The notes beneath the pieces are model-generated. The model was given only the letters and a program-made list of their open reading frames with translations. It was not told where the DNA came from and did no database searches. A stretch of DNA of 64,000 bases. Origin: Paragordius varius (lineage: Eukaryota; Animalia; Nematomorpha). The stretch lies in assembly GCA_964247055.1 (NCBI GenBank), contig OZ176053.1:372001-436000 (forward strand). Reading direction: 5' to 3'. Every line of letters begins with the position of its first letter. Positions within the stretch are counted from its first letter, which is position 1. Below, in pieces: positions 52,901 through 64,000 of the stretch. The position numbers were made by a program, and so were the translations under genes.

Positions 52901-53345
52901 TGTATTTCTCAATTTATTAGAAAGACCATTATTAGCCTTAATTCGTGTGTATTTATGATTTGGTTTAGTGGTAGAAATAAATTTTTTAGTCGCCAAGTTG
53001 GCAGATAATGTTTTTTGTGGGGAGGATCCTGAAGCCATCGAGCGTTGCTTGTTAGCAACGCTGTAAAGGTAAGAGGCATTTGGCCCATACATATTGGTAT
53101 TATTGTCCATTGATTTAAAGTTGGGATTTGTGTTTGCAGCGGTATTTGTTGAATGCTGAGAATAGTAAGGGTAATTATATGAAATCTTCAATAAATTACA
53201 TATTTTATAGATATAGAACATGATTTAACAGTTTTTATAAATGCAAAAAATGTTTCGAAATCACCTGTTTACTCCCCAGCATTTGATTATTGAGTGGCTG
53301 TACAGTGGATTCATCTTGAATGACGTTTTTATCAACGTTATACAT
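46965..53345 (-). CDS. DHHC palmitoyltransferase, ZDHHC5/8-like; C-terminal tail model uncertain
   Basis: Exons (minus) 53345-53265, 53185-52167, 51116-50879, 49949-49772, 49030-48839, 48142-47947, 47635-47547, 47179-~46965. [85 protein letters not shown]. In-frame TAA at 48054-48056 in exon 6. Confidence 0.88.
49502..49670. mobile_element. Second copy of the ~168-bp MITE with foldback-type termini
   Basis: TA|CAGTATGCATTTAATAG ... CATTAAAATGCTGCATACTG|TA; interior similar to 44132-44298. Confidence 0.85.
51208..51533. mobile_element. M2 MITE (CCATTTACA termini, TA flanks, subterminal 21-bp tandem repeats); representative copy
   Basis: TA|CCATTTACAATTC, then (TTGAACAATTCAAATTCACCC)n ... GGGTGAATTTGAACTGTAAATGG|TA. 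Other copies at about 690-1077, 1665, 14075/19115, 20079, 34473, 38098, 58496, 63783. Superfamily not assignable. Confidence 0.85.
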
Positions 53346-53605
53346 ATTTGTCGGTTACTAAAGTTTCATGGAGTGAACATTGTTGTTTGAATAAAAAAAT
53401 AATCCATCAAATCAAATATACCAGTTTTAATTGTCGTATAATTATCATTAATGGTATCAAGAAATATTGTTAAAAAAAAATACAATCAATCACCAATTTC
53501 CACAAAATATAGAATGTATGAATATGAATAAATGATGATATGTTTTGTTGTATAAAAAATATAAATTAATTGTTTGGTGATAAATAGTTAAAAAAAAATA
53601 GTTAT

Positions 53606-54196
53606 TCAACACAATTCGCCTTCATGTCTAAGGTATTCACCAATATCGGCTTGATGGAAGCAGACAATATCGAGTGGATTGTTTGAAGCACGTGACTCCT
53701 GAGTTGATTTTGCTGCAATACCAAACCCAAGGGGGATTTCAAAGTTAAGGTTTGATGGTTGAGAAAAGATAAAGACACCGCCATATTTGGGAATATTTTC
53801 CGACATTTTAGCAACGGAAGATTTAAGCACATGATTCCCATACAAGAAACCTTGACCAGATTGGTTCTGGTGACTGGAGGAGGGCTTAACCCAAATTTTG
53901 TATTTAGCCAAGGGGGCTAACACCGAGAGTGCAGTTATTGCCAGTTTAAACGTTTTGAAAGATCTATCAAATTTTCCAAGCCGTGTGCCAGCGGAAACAA
54001 TTTTATTACGTGGGAGTCCGGATGCATATTTAAGCACATCTTTACGCACGTAATAAACACGGTTTTCACGGTGCAAACGAAAGAAAAAGTGTTCACCGTC
54101 AGGTCGTTCTATTAAGAGTCTAACATTTTCAGGGGAAACATATTTAGAAAGCTTGGTGAGAAGCAATTTAGTCTCGTATTCGGTAAGTGGTCTCAT
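53606..54196 (-). CDS. NIP7: 60S ribosome biogenesis factor NIP7 (PUA domain), intronless
   Basis: Single ORF MRPLTEYETK..KLSKY, FRLHRENRVYYV, GTRLGKF, ITALSVLAPLAKYKIWVKP, FLYGNHVLKS, PLGFGIAAKST, VCFHQADIGEYLRHE. Confidence 0.96.
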   Translation of the reverse strand: MRPLTEYETKLLLTKLSKYVSPENVRLLIERPDGEHFFFRLHRENRVYYVRKDVLKYASGLPRNKIVSAGTRLGKFDRSFKTFKLAITALSVLAPLAKYKIWVKPSSSHQNQSGQGFLYGNHVLKSSVAKMSENIPKYGGVFIFSQPSNLNFEIPLGFGIAAKSTQESRASNNPLDIVCFHQADIGEYLRHEGELC

Positions 54197-54585
54197 GATG
54201 GTTTTAAAAATCAAAATGTCGACTGGTTAAATATTGTTTAGCTTCAATTATTTCCTAAAATTTAACATATATGCAAAACTTCTTTAAGTTCTTTTTGCGC
54301 TTCTAGGCAATTGATAAATGTAAAAACTTGATAGAGTAGTATGGTTAATATAAATAGTGCAATACCCAAAATAACAAGGGTTGGAATCAACTAAAATATA
54401 ATGCTAGAATACTTGTAAATAAAATCTGGTAGATTTGCTCGAAACAAATAGTGATATGGTATATGATGTAAGTATTAATGAGGCTACCGTCAAAATATTA
54501 TAAAATCTCTTCATTTAATGCGGAACAGAGTCATATTACGGTGGTCTAAAAAGAAGAAATCATATGAGTCAAAAAATTATTTTAA

Positions 54586-55126
54586 CACTTGGATACAAAA
54601 CATTCCTGTTAGTCTTCGATTAGACTGGGGTAGTTAGATACAGGCTTGTTTAAAATTGAATATTTTAAAAAATATGAAATAATTAAAATCATGGTAAAAG
54701 TTTGCACTTATATAACATTAAGAAACCGAAATATAATAAAAAATTCAATTTAAAATACTTCATAATACTTATTTAAAGGTTAAACCCAATGGTAAGCCAA
54801 AATGACATGTGTGCACATACTAAAGGAAAATAATTTAAAATGTACCACTTTTGTGTTTATATTAATGTTATATGTGTTTTTTATAAAAATGCAACTTAAT
54901 TTTCGGCTTAAAATTAAATAATCTTGATTTTTTGCAAAAATGTTGTAAAATAAAATGCCGTCCAATTAGTTTGATTGAAACTTTTTTTAACTATTTTTTT
55001 TAGATATTTTGGCTTATTTATATAATAAACTAGGATGGAAGCATAATTAGAACCGTTTCTTTCAGTAGGTTAAAATTTCAACTTTATTGTATGGGGTATT
55101 TAGATACCTCAATTTAAATCGAAGAG
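54586..55126. mobile_element. ~550-bp piggyBac-like MITE (TTAA target)
   Basis: TTAA|CACTTGGATAC ... AATCGAAGAG|TTAA with subterminal CTTCGATT..A(A/C)TGGGGTA repeats; homologous to 57203-57779 and about 10970-11480. Confidence 0.7.
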
Positions 55127-56965
55127 TTAAATCTTGGATACACATTCATTTCAGTCCTTTGATTAGAATTGGGGTTACTAGCGACCAAATGCATGATAGA
55201 TTTGCTTTAAAAAAAATTTACACTTATGTGGCATTGATGAACAAAATATAAATTAAAGTTTATTCGAAAAAAATTATTGATTCCAATAATTTTATGGATA
55301 AACCCAAAAGTAAAAATTAGCCAACAGAATGTGTGTGCATCAGCTAATTATAAGAATAATGCAAAATAATTCATATTTTTACTGTTGTTGTCAATGATGT
55401 GATTAATCCTCATTACCTTTTTAATTTTTTTCTAGTGTATCTTTTGGTAGTTTTATATTTCAGGGTCCATTTTGCAAATAAACTACTTTTTTTAAAGTTA
55501 TTTTAGTTAAATATAATTATCAAGCATTCTTCTCATGTATTAAAAAGCTTATGTTTTTAAAGTTTTACTTCAAGACACTAGATTGGACATCTTCAAAACA
55601 CGATTAAATCTAACAGCTGATATTTTAACAATTAAAATATATCATGTTTTTGCTGATGTGGCCAAAAAACTTCTTAAAGTTAATCAGTTACATTTTCTAA
55701 CCATAATATACATTTATTTGACTGCATAAGCGATTTAAATTATAGAAAAAAATGCGGCTGAAAATTTTTTGATAAGAAACATATTTTAGAAAAAAATCTG
55801 CATAATGTGCCTAGAATAGAAATTTCCATTATTATATTTGAATGCGCTTGTTTAAAACTCTCATTAAATTATTATCACCTTTTAATACTGTAAAAATTAA
55901 AATTATACGGACAAAAGGTAAATATATAAAGACAAATATCTTTTTCTAAAAGACTGATAAAACCTTAATGTTTCTCATACAAGCTACTTTATTTACAATT
56001 GTAAATTAAACTGACTGTGTTAGTATTATATAACTCTATTTCACACTTTACCATTTAAAACAATGAGTTATAATGATACAAATCTAGATTTAAAAAGTAT
56101 GGTTGTCTTTTAGAAAAAAGTATTCTTTATATTTTACATTTTGTCCGTATTATTTCAGTTTTTACTGTAACATATATTGAAGAAGATACAGTGGAAAATT
56201 TTCAATACGCTTTTCGAAAACAGAAATGAAAAAGGGGATTAAATTCTCATAGCCTTATTGATGCTTTTTCCGAAAAAAAGTGGTTAAAACAATTATATAT
56301 TTCTTAACATATAATTAGATATTTTAAAAAAATACATCTACGGACATAATGTATAAATATAAAAATAAAAAATTTAATCAACAACCCCGTACTTTTATAT
56401 TCCTTATTTTTTCCGATTTAATCAATACAATCATGGAATACATAATTCATTGTGTTAACAATGTAGATCTTTATTTCATTCTTTGCAACCGAAAACAATA
56501 AGTTATGTTAAAAAATCAAGACTTAGAAGTATAAAAAAAACTTTATATTTTTACGTTTTGTCGGTATATGAACAAATTACATACAATTTTTTCATGCCTG
56601 ACGATATTTTCAGGAACTTCCACCCATTATTTTTATACAGGAATAGTGTCATCTAAGATGTTAAACTAGTACACAACTCCATTAAATTAATGGCAAACGT
56701 TAGTTAAATACGTGAAACCTAATAAAAACCTATACGACGTCTCTCCTATTCGTCACAGCTGTTATCACTCAATACAACAGGAATAATATGAAAATGCAAT
56801 CCGTCTCACTGTCCGCACTTTTAAATTGAAATGTAAATGGCCACAACTCTATTTAATAAGATCATATCTCGTTTTCGGAAAAATATATCGTTTCCTGTTC
56901 CTATTTGTAGTAAGGGCATAATATATACCCAGAGGCAGCTATTTAAAATATGGAATTTTCTTAAT

Positions 56966-57156
56966 ACGGTGGTTCCCAAAAGGGGAGCGTAGAAAAATAT
57001 AGAGGAGGGGGGGGGAGAGCGCGAAAAATTTGGAGAATTCAATTATAAGATATAACTAAAAAGATTATATCATACTAAGTTTTGCATTCTTAATTTTTTG
57101 ATGGGGGGCGGGGTGGGGTGTGAAGGCGTGAACAAAAAAAGGTTGTAAACCACTGC
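56966..57156. mobile_element. Short hAT-like (CAGTGGTTCCCAA-type termini) element; reverse copy at about 9050-9347
   Basis: CGGTGGTTCCCAAAAGGGGAGCG ... AAGGTTGTAAACCACTG; no clear TSD. Confidence 0.55.
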
Positions 57157-57202
57157 CCTATAATACATTCTTAGAATTTGGAAAATGATTGGCCATTATT
57201 AA

Positions 57203-57779
57203 TACTTGGATACAACACATCCATTTCAGTCCTTCGATTCAAATTGGGGTAGTATACCCCAGGCCTGTTTAAAATTAAATAATTCAAAAAATATGGAACG
57301 GATTGAACCATGGGAAAAATTTGCACTTTTATAACATTGAAGAACTAAAATATATAAAAAATTTCATTCAAAACTACTTGATATTAGCTATTTTTAGGTA
57401 AAACCTCAAGGTAGAAATTTAGTCCACATGACATGTGTGCACAAGCTAAATTTAAAAATAAAACAAAATAAACCACTTTATCTGTTTCTATCAATGTTCG
57501 ATGTAATATAAATAGAAAATTAGCTTTCATTTTAGCTTTTAAATCATTTAAACACGATGTTTTGCAAAAATTAGGTAAAATAAAAATGGCGCCGAAGTAG
57601 TTTGATGTGGAACTTTTTTTTCAAAACCAATTTTATTTAGATATTTTTGGCTATTTATATAATTTTTATTAGGATAGAAGCATAAATTTAAATTGGGACC
57701 GTTTCTTTCAGTAGTTTTTTAAAAATTTTAATTTAAATATAGTCTGGGGTATTTAGATACCCCAATTTGAATCGAAGTG
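57203..57779. mobile_element. 577-bp piggyBac-like MITE (TTAA target)
   Basis: TTAA|TACTTGGATAC ... TACCCCAATTTGAATCGAAGTG|TTAA; CTTCGATTCAAATTGGGGTA is inverted at both ends. Confidence 0.75.
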
Positions 57780-58784
57780 TTAAATACAAATGGGGGCTTT
57801 ACACTTTTTTTTGGAAAAATCTTTAATAAAAACACTAATTTATGGATTTGTAAATTTAATATTGTTTGATTTATACATAAGGTAATGTTATGCTCTATGC
57901 CAAATCTAAAAATTCTGTTATGATCGGTCCATCATTAAATACCATAGGATAATTATTAAGCTAAAATAAGTTATCTCCTACCTCAGAGACAATTGACATT
58001 CTTCAATAGATTTAAATTAGAAAAAGTAACTTGGCAACTTAATGAATATACAAGAGAAATTAATTATTTCAAAGAATTTACATAAATATACAGTAAAAAT
58101 TGAAATTATATACGTACAAAACGTTAAAATATAAAGGCAATGATTTTTTTTAAATTAAAACTATAAAATGTTGATTTTTATAAATATAACTCATTGTTTT
58201 AAACTTCAACGTATAAAATAGATATAAAACAATAAGTTTCATATTTTACTATTGTTATTAAATAAAGTTAATTGGATAAAATAAGGGTTGAAAAGTATGG
58301 GGTGTATTTTGCAAAAAGATCTGTCTTTATATTTTTACGTTTTGTCCGTATATTATTTACTGTAATACGCCTTTTCTGGTGGTTTTAGGCTAATAACTAG
58401 TTAGTTTATATTTTTAAAATAATGATAGCCTTATCCCAATTAAATTACGTATAAATAATTCAATTTATTATAACATGTATTAGAATTCATATATACTATT
58501 TACAGTCCAAATTCACCCTCGAACAATTGAAATTTACCCTAAAATAAATTATGTATTATTTAAGATTCCTATATTTTATAATATGTTTAAAATATGATCT
58601 AAGTCGTAACATATTTCATATCAATGATGAATTATATTATCCCGAAAACACATAATATATTTTTAGGGTGAATATGAATTGTAAATGGTGAATATGAATT
58701 GTAAATGGTATATATAGAAATGTGCGCATTTATAACGGTATAATTTTTGCACGATTAGTTAATTATAATTACATTCATATATAA

Positions 58785-59024
58785 TTAAGATTCTCCTTCG
58801 GGATCCAATATAAATTGTTCATAGTTTATGGTTTGACGCATAAGGCTTGTCAATATTAATTCCACGTGATATAAATCTATCAAATAATAAAATAAAAAAT
58901 TTTACCACAAAAAAGAGATGATAAATACAAAATAATTAATTATTAAGTCAAAAAATTATTAAAAATAAGGAAAAGACACAAATGTTTTTCATAAAGAGAT
59001 AACCGTTATTTTAAATTTTAATTC

Positions 59025-59071
<47 letters not shown>

Positions 59072-62000
59072 CGTTTTAGAGATGGAAAATACAGTAAAAA
59101 TTGAAATTATACGGACAAAACATCTTGCTTTAATTAAATAAAATGCTTTTTTTTGAAATTGCTAAGTATTGAATAGACTTGTATATTGGTAACAAATATA
59201 TATTTTACAATTTTTATTTATTTATATGGAAAAAAATAAGGTTTTTAAAAAGTATGGTTTAGAAAAAATATATGTCTTTATATTTTGAGACATTTTGCCT
59301 GTAAAATATCAATTTTTACTGTAAAGGAAGAGAGGTCTAAATTGGTGTCACCAGTTTATTAACATTGTAATTAATTAATATAAAATAAAACTAATTTTAG
59401 AGTTTTAATTCTTTTTTTGACAATTGGCAACACAGTAACGTATTATGGGTAAAAAACAACAAACGGGTCAGAATTAAACAATTTTTTCCAATCTTACAAC
59501 ATCAAATTTGTTGTTTTAGCTATGAACATAGTTTGTTTTATACCATACACTACTGTATTAACGATTGGCATGTAAAATTTAATTTTTTTCATAAAACAAA
59601 AATATTTTTTTTGATAAAATATATATTTTCTTAAAAAAAGATACTTATATCTTGTGAAGTGTAATCTTTACAGGATGGTACATCCTTAGGGCATGAGATT
59701 ATAAGGAATTTGCTTTTATCCTATATATGAACATCATCGTAAAAATAAAAATGTTAAGCAAAATTCAATTTATACACAGACAAAAAGTACTAAAAGACAA
59801 ATATTATTTTACAGAAAGATAATCATATATTTTCCACCTTAATATATTCTTCACAACCTTTTACGATTAAGATTGTAGATATTCATAGGGTGATATACGT
59901 ATGCACATCTTTTTTTGCTTTTTTGTCGCCCAAAACAATAAATTATATTTTTTAAAAAACCAAGGTTAAAAATAAATAATATTGTTGCCTATAAAAAAAA
60001 CTTTGTTTTATAATTTTTAGTTTCTCCTTCATAATTTGATTGCAATTTCAATTTTACTGTAAATATCACAATATAAAAAAAAAGTATAAGTTACCTTATT
60101 TTGCATGTTAATTTGACGGATGGATGGTCTTTGTTTAACGAAAACACCACCAGATACCTCAATAATATGTTTGAGTAATTTAACGTTTGGGTCGACATTT
60201 GGCGTAATGTAAAAACTGATATTCTATCAATTTTACAATTAAAAATACTAATAAATTTTATAAAATAAAAACATCTATATTAATTTTTATTTTATTTTTT
60301 GGCTAATTTTAAAAAGTTAGTGTTTATATTTAACAATAAATTATCAATAAATATTATAATGTAAAAACTGATATTCTATCAATTTTGCATATAAAAATAC
60401 CAAATAAATTTTATAAAAAAAACATTTATATTAATTTTTATTTTATTTTTTGGTTAATTTCGAAAAGATAGTGTTTATATTTAACAATAAAAATTATCAA
60501 TAAATATTATTATTAATTAGCTGATATTGGCATCGATTGAATTATTTCGAAAAAAAAATTTCATTACCTTAAAAAGGGGCCCACGGTGTTGAGATCTGTA
60601 CAAAGCAGTTTTAAGACAAAAATCAAATTCTTGTTCGGCGCATTCATCGTGAAAGAGATAATCACTCTCATCTGAATATAATAAAGTTTAAAAAATAAGG
60701 CTTATTACTAAATTTAACACTGTAAAATTACATCCAAAATCATATGTAAAACAAGATAAAAAAACTTTTTATATTAATATCTAAAACTTTACAACTTCTT
60801 AAGTAAAAAAAACAAGTTTCAGACAAAATAAAATCCAAAATATAAACTATATTTCTTTTTTTAAATGATCCATTTCAGTTGTGAAATAAGGTTCAGATAT
60901 GGAAATTGGTAGCAAACTCAATACCATATTTTAAAATATTATTATGTAAAGAATTTTATCTTAAAAAGTATTAGCCTTTACTCTTTTTACTGTATTTTAT
61001 CGCTCGCTAAGATTAAATTAAAACAATTTTATATCAAAAATATAGTTTTTTTACCGTAACAAAAAAATATTAAGTTTTTTATTTTTATCATGTTTTATCT
61101 TTTTAGTATAATATCAATTTTTAACCGTATTTATGTCTTGTTTGTTTAAAACCAAAAAAAAAGTAAAATAAAACCTAAAATTTTTGCCATCCGCGCACTT
61201 TCAACAATCCAATCAGGTGTTAAGGGGTATTTTGAATGACTAGTTCCGGCCCCCAGGACAAATAAGAGTTTTAGCGTTCGACGCAATGGTCGCTCCAATA
61301 TCAAATGCGTAGCTAACATGGGATTTTCCGTAATTTCAATATTGTGAGAACTAATGTTGCTTTCATACGATGATAATTCAATCGGGCTTTTTAGAGGTGA
61401 AGCGTGGTGATGGTGTGGAGATTGACCAGTATTTATTAGTTGATTATTAAGCCGGGTAATAAGTTCTTGTGTTTTCTATACATTTTTTTAAGTTTAGAGT
61501 GAGTTTTTGATATTATGTGGTAAAAACGATATAGGCGAAATTACAACTTGCCATGACTTAAATAATATTAACCATATACCATAAGTTGCGTGCAAAACTC
61601 AATATACTATAAATATCCTTTTAAACAAACAAAATATTACGAAATAACTTCAATAATAAGCTTAGATGTATGATACCTCGAGTAATGTCAATTTTTTATG
61701 AAAAATTTGGGCTAGGCTAGGGATTTTACACTAAATTTGATAGAAAAATTCTTTTTATCAATTTTACATTTTATAAAAACGGAAAAACATAACCAAGAGG
61801 ATCACATATTTTGCATTGTGCATATAGAATTAAAATTTGAAAAAAAAAACAAAGTTAATCTACTAAAGCTATATCATATATAGCAATCATTTTACCGAAA
61901 AACTTCCGATAAAAAGAACACCCATAAAATTTTAATATAGATGTCATACACAAAACACTAAAGATCAAAAAATGAATTAAACAAATCAAATTAAAGAAAA

Positions 62001-62358
62001 ACTCCCTCACTTACTTTTTGCAAGTCCATAAGTTTTGATTTCGTTTGACCCGTAAACATTATTCGAATGTACTTATTGGATGATATCTTACAGCAACCAT
62101 TCAATTTTCCACCAATGTTAGCCGACAATGTATTTTTAGGGGAGGAATGATCAAATATTTCAACATTGTTTGCGCTGTTTGAATTGTTTAAGGGTATTAT
62201 TGTGTTTGATGATAGGGATATCCGTTTACTTAACATTGCGGCAACTTGAATTAATCGTTTTTTATTCGCCATCTCCCATGTTGCCTGTGAACTGACACGG
62301 TTTTATAATAATAATAAAATTGAAATTACAATTAAAAAGTTTGAGAACGAGATCAGCA

Positions 62359-62389
<31 letters not shown>

Positions 62390-63720
62390 AATTGTTGAAA
62401 ACTTTCATTCGTATAAAGTTAAATACATTGTTTATTAAAATAAGAAATGTGTTTCGGATCTGCTAAATATCCACAATATCTTATCATTTTAGTAAATTTA
62501 TAATTAGATTACATAGAATTATTAACAATGTATTAAATTATAAAGTTATAATAACTAAAAAGTATAAGATACTAATATTTGTTCTCTATCTATCATAAAG
62601 GTAATCATAATATCCTTGATTTCCTTTATTTTTAATATACAATCAATTAAATATATGAATAAAAGTATGATAAATTATGAAATTAAATGTGTCACCAATT
62701 TATTTATTCCTTACTTCGTGAGAGCGATAAATAGGATAGGTTATATTGAAAAAACACATAAAAAAGTTATGAAAAAAATGGTTTTCTTTATAATAGTAAA
62801 AAATTAATGCATATTTTAAACATTACCACTATATAATTTAAATTTTTACTTTATATCTGGAGCAGTGCTAAGATCCACAATTTCTGGCGTTTGTTGAGTA
62901 ACGTTATTACTAAATTTTGATTCTAAGCCTGAAAGATTGTGGCCATTTTTATGGTCAGGTTCTGTCGTTATTTGATCAAAAGATCGTTTTTTCCCACCAT
63001 TTCGTTTTCTATATTATGAGAAAGAAATAAAAAAAAAATAACCATAAAAAAGGTAAAAATTAATGAAACCTTTTTTTTCGTAAAGAAACGTAAAATTACT
63101 CTAAAAGCAAATTATTAATCTAACCTACAAAACATTTTTTTAAATAGCTTTTCTTATGTAAAATTTAACTTTTTATTACACAAAATTTTGAGTTTTCACG
63201 TTTTATGTTGTATATCTTTACATTGTATTCAAGTCAATAAAGACAAACCAATATTTTTGCAAATTTTTTTCGCAATCTATATATATATATATATATATAA
63301 AATTGAAATTATACGGACAAAATGTATAAATATATAGACAAATATATCTAAAAGACAACCATGCTTTTTAAAATCTTAATTTTTCTCATATATGCTATAT
63401 AGTTACAATTATAAAATATAAAATTGATTGTGTAAATAATATATATCTCTATTTCACATTATGCCATTTAAAACAATGAGTTAAATTGAAATAAATCAAG
63501 ATTCAAAAAGTATGGTTGTTGTGTTTTAGAAAAAAATATTTGTCTTGATATTTTTACGTTTTGTCCATAGTAAATTTTAGTTTTTACTGTATTTTATATA
63601 TATATAACATATACTCTGATGACAATTGTTTTGAACCGTTGGTTTTAGATAAAGTGTCATGCATTTTTATAGCTTCTTGAATCGTTGAGTTACTTAAAGT
63701 TAGGGGTTTCTTCCAGGGTT
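58785..63720 (-). CDS. PAXIP1: PAX-interacting protein 1 (PTIP), 3' portion with C-terminal tandem BRCT pair; 5' exons outside window
   Basis: Exons (minus) 63720-63615, 63008-62850, 62291-62015, 61475-61175, 60671-60568, 60223-60095, 59720-59645, 58876-58785 in frame. PWKKPLTLS, IMFTG, ATHLI..RRTLKLL..LTPDWIVES, DYLFHDECAEQEFDFCL, PLFK.ISFYITP, IIEVSGG, IISCPKD, ELILTSLMRQTINY parallel human PTIP BRCT5-6. Confidence 0.88.
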
Positions 63721-64000
63721 CTATGTATGAATGAATCAAAAATAGATAAAATTTAAATAAATTTTAATTTTTACTATTATATACCACCATTTACGATTAT
63801 TCAAATTGGCCCTCCTAAAAATAAATTATGTGCGTTAAGGCCTATATATATCCACATTAATATGAAACTTTATGCATACATAATTTATTATTTTTTCATG
63901 TATTAATTAAATTTTAAGCTAATAATATAAAAAATATAGGTGATTTTTAATCTTAAAAAAACACAAAAATTATTTTAGGGTAAATTTGAATTGTTCAAGG

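Noticed and set aside
3136-53841. Antisense or off-frame ORFs 3136-3321, 22651-22863, 29292-29516, 39463-39672, 41519-41701, 43379-43576, 50904-51128, 52669-52878, 53602-53841
   Set aside because: Shadows of real exons on the opposite strand or in another frame.
55190-55670. Decayed LINE reverse transcriptase (HDR..KL..GID, GSIL, FAD-like words)
   Set aside because: Motifs are short, in different frames and more widely spaced than expected; needs tBLASTn to support.
1-64000. tRNA, rRNA, U snRNA or spliced-leader RNA genes
   Set aside because: No recognisable conserved sequence or cloverleaf seen by eye; divergent ncRNAs cannot be excluded without Infernal or tRNAscan-SE.

Overview
Very AT-rich genomic DNA from a bilaterian invertebrate (species not determinable here). 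Spliced gene models were reconstructed by hand from GT-AG signals, reading-frame continuity and remembered family motifs. In order: 5'-truncated MYST acetyltransferase (KAT8/MOF-like, +), Phox2-like homeobox (+), intronless SCL/TAL-like bHLH (+), decayed mariner, NDUFV2 (-), LSM8 (+, ATG only 45 bp from the NDUFV2 ATG), aldo-keto reductase (+), three paralogous secreted-protein genes I cannot assign to a family (-,-,+), ZDHHC5/8-like palmitoyltransferase (-), intronless NIP7 (-), and the 3' half of PAXIP1/PTIP (-). Introns are either tiny (27-38 nt) or inflated by MITEs (at least five families, plus a non-autonomous Helitron). Most notable: (1) the three-gene secreted family with identical exon phases and four conserved Cys including a terminal Cys; (2) a 4.8-kb near-perfect foldback element with modular 117/107-bp repeats in the last NDUFV2 intron, nested in a MITE; (3) repeated short tandem duplications that copy a splice site (three of four with an exon stub) in three housekeeping genes; (4) the 45-bp head-to-head gap; (5) a His/Cys-rich insertion in the AKR with two in-frame donors; (6) an in-frame TAA in an otherwise phase-correct ZDHHC exon. 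No rRNA, tRNA, snRNA or CRISPR array was recognised. No searches were run; family calls rest on remembered motifs.
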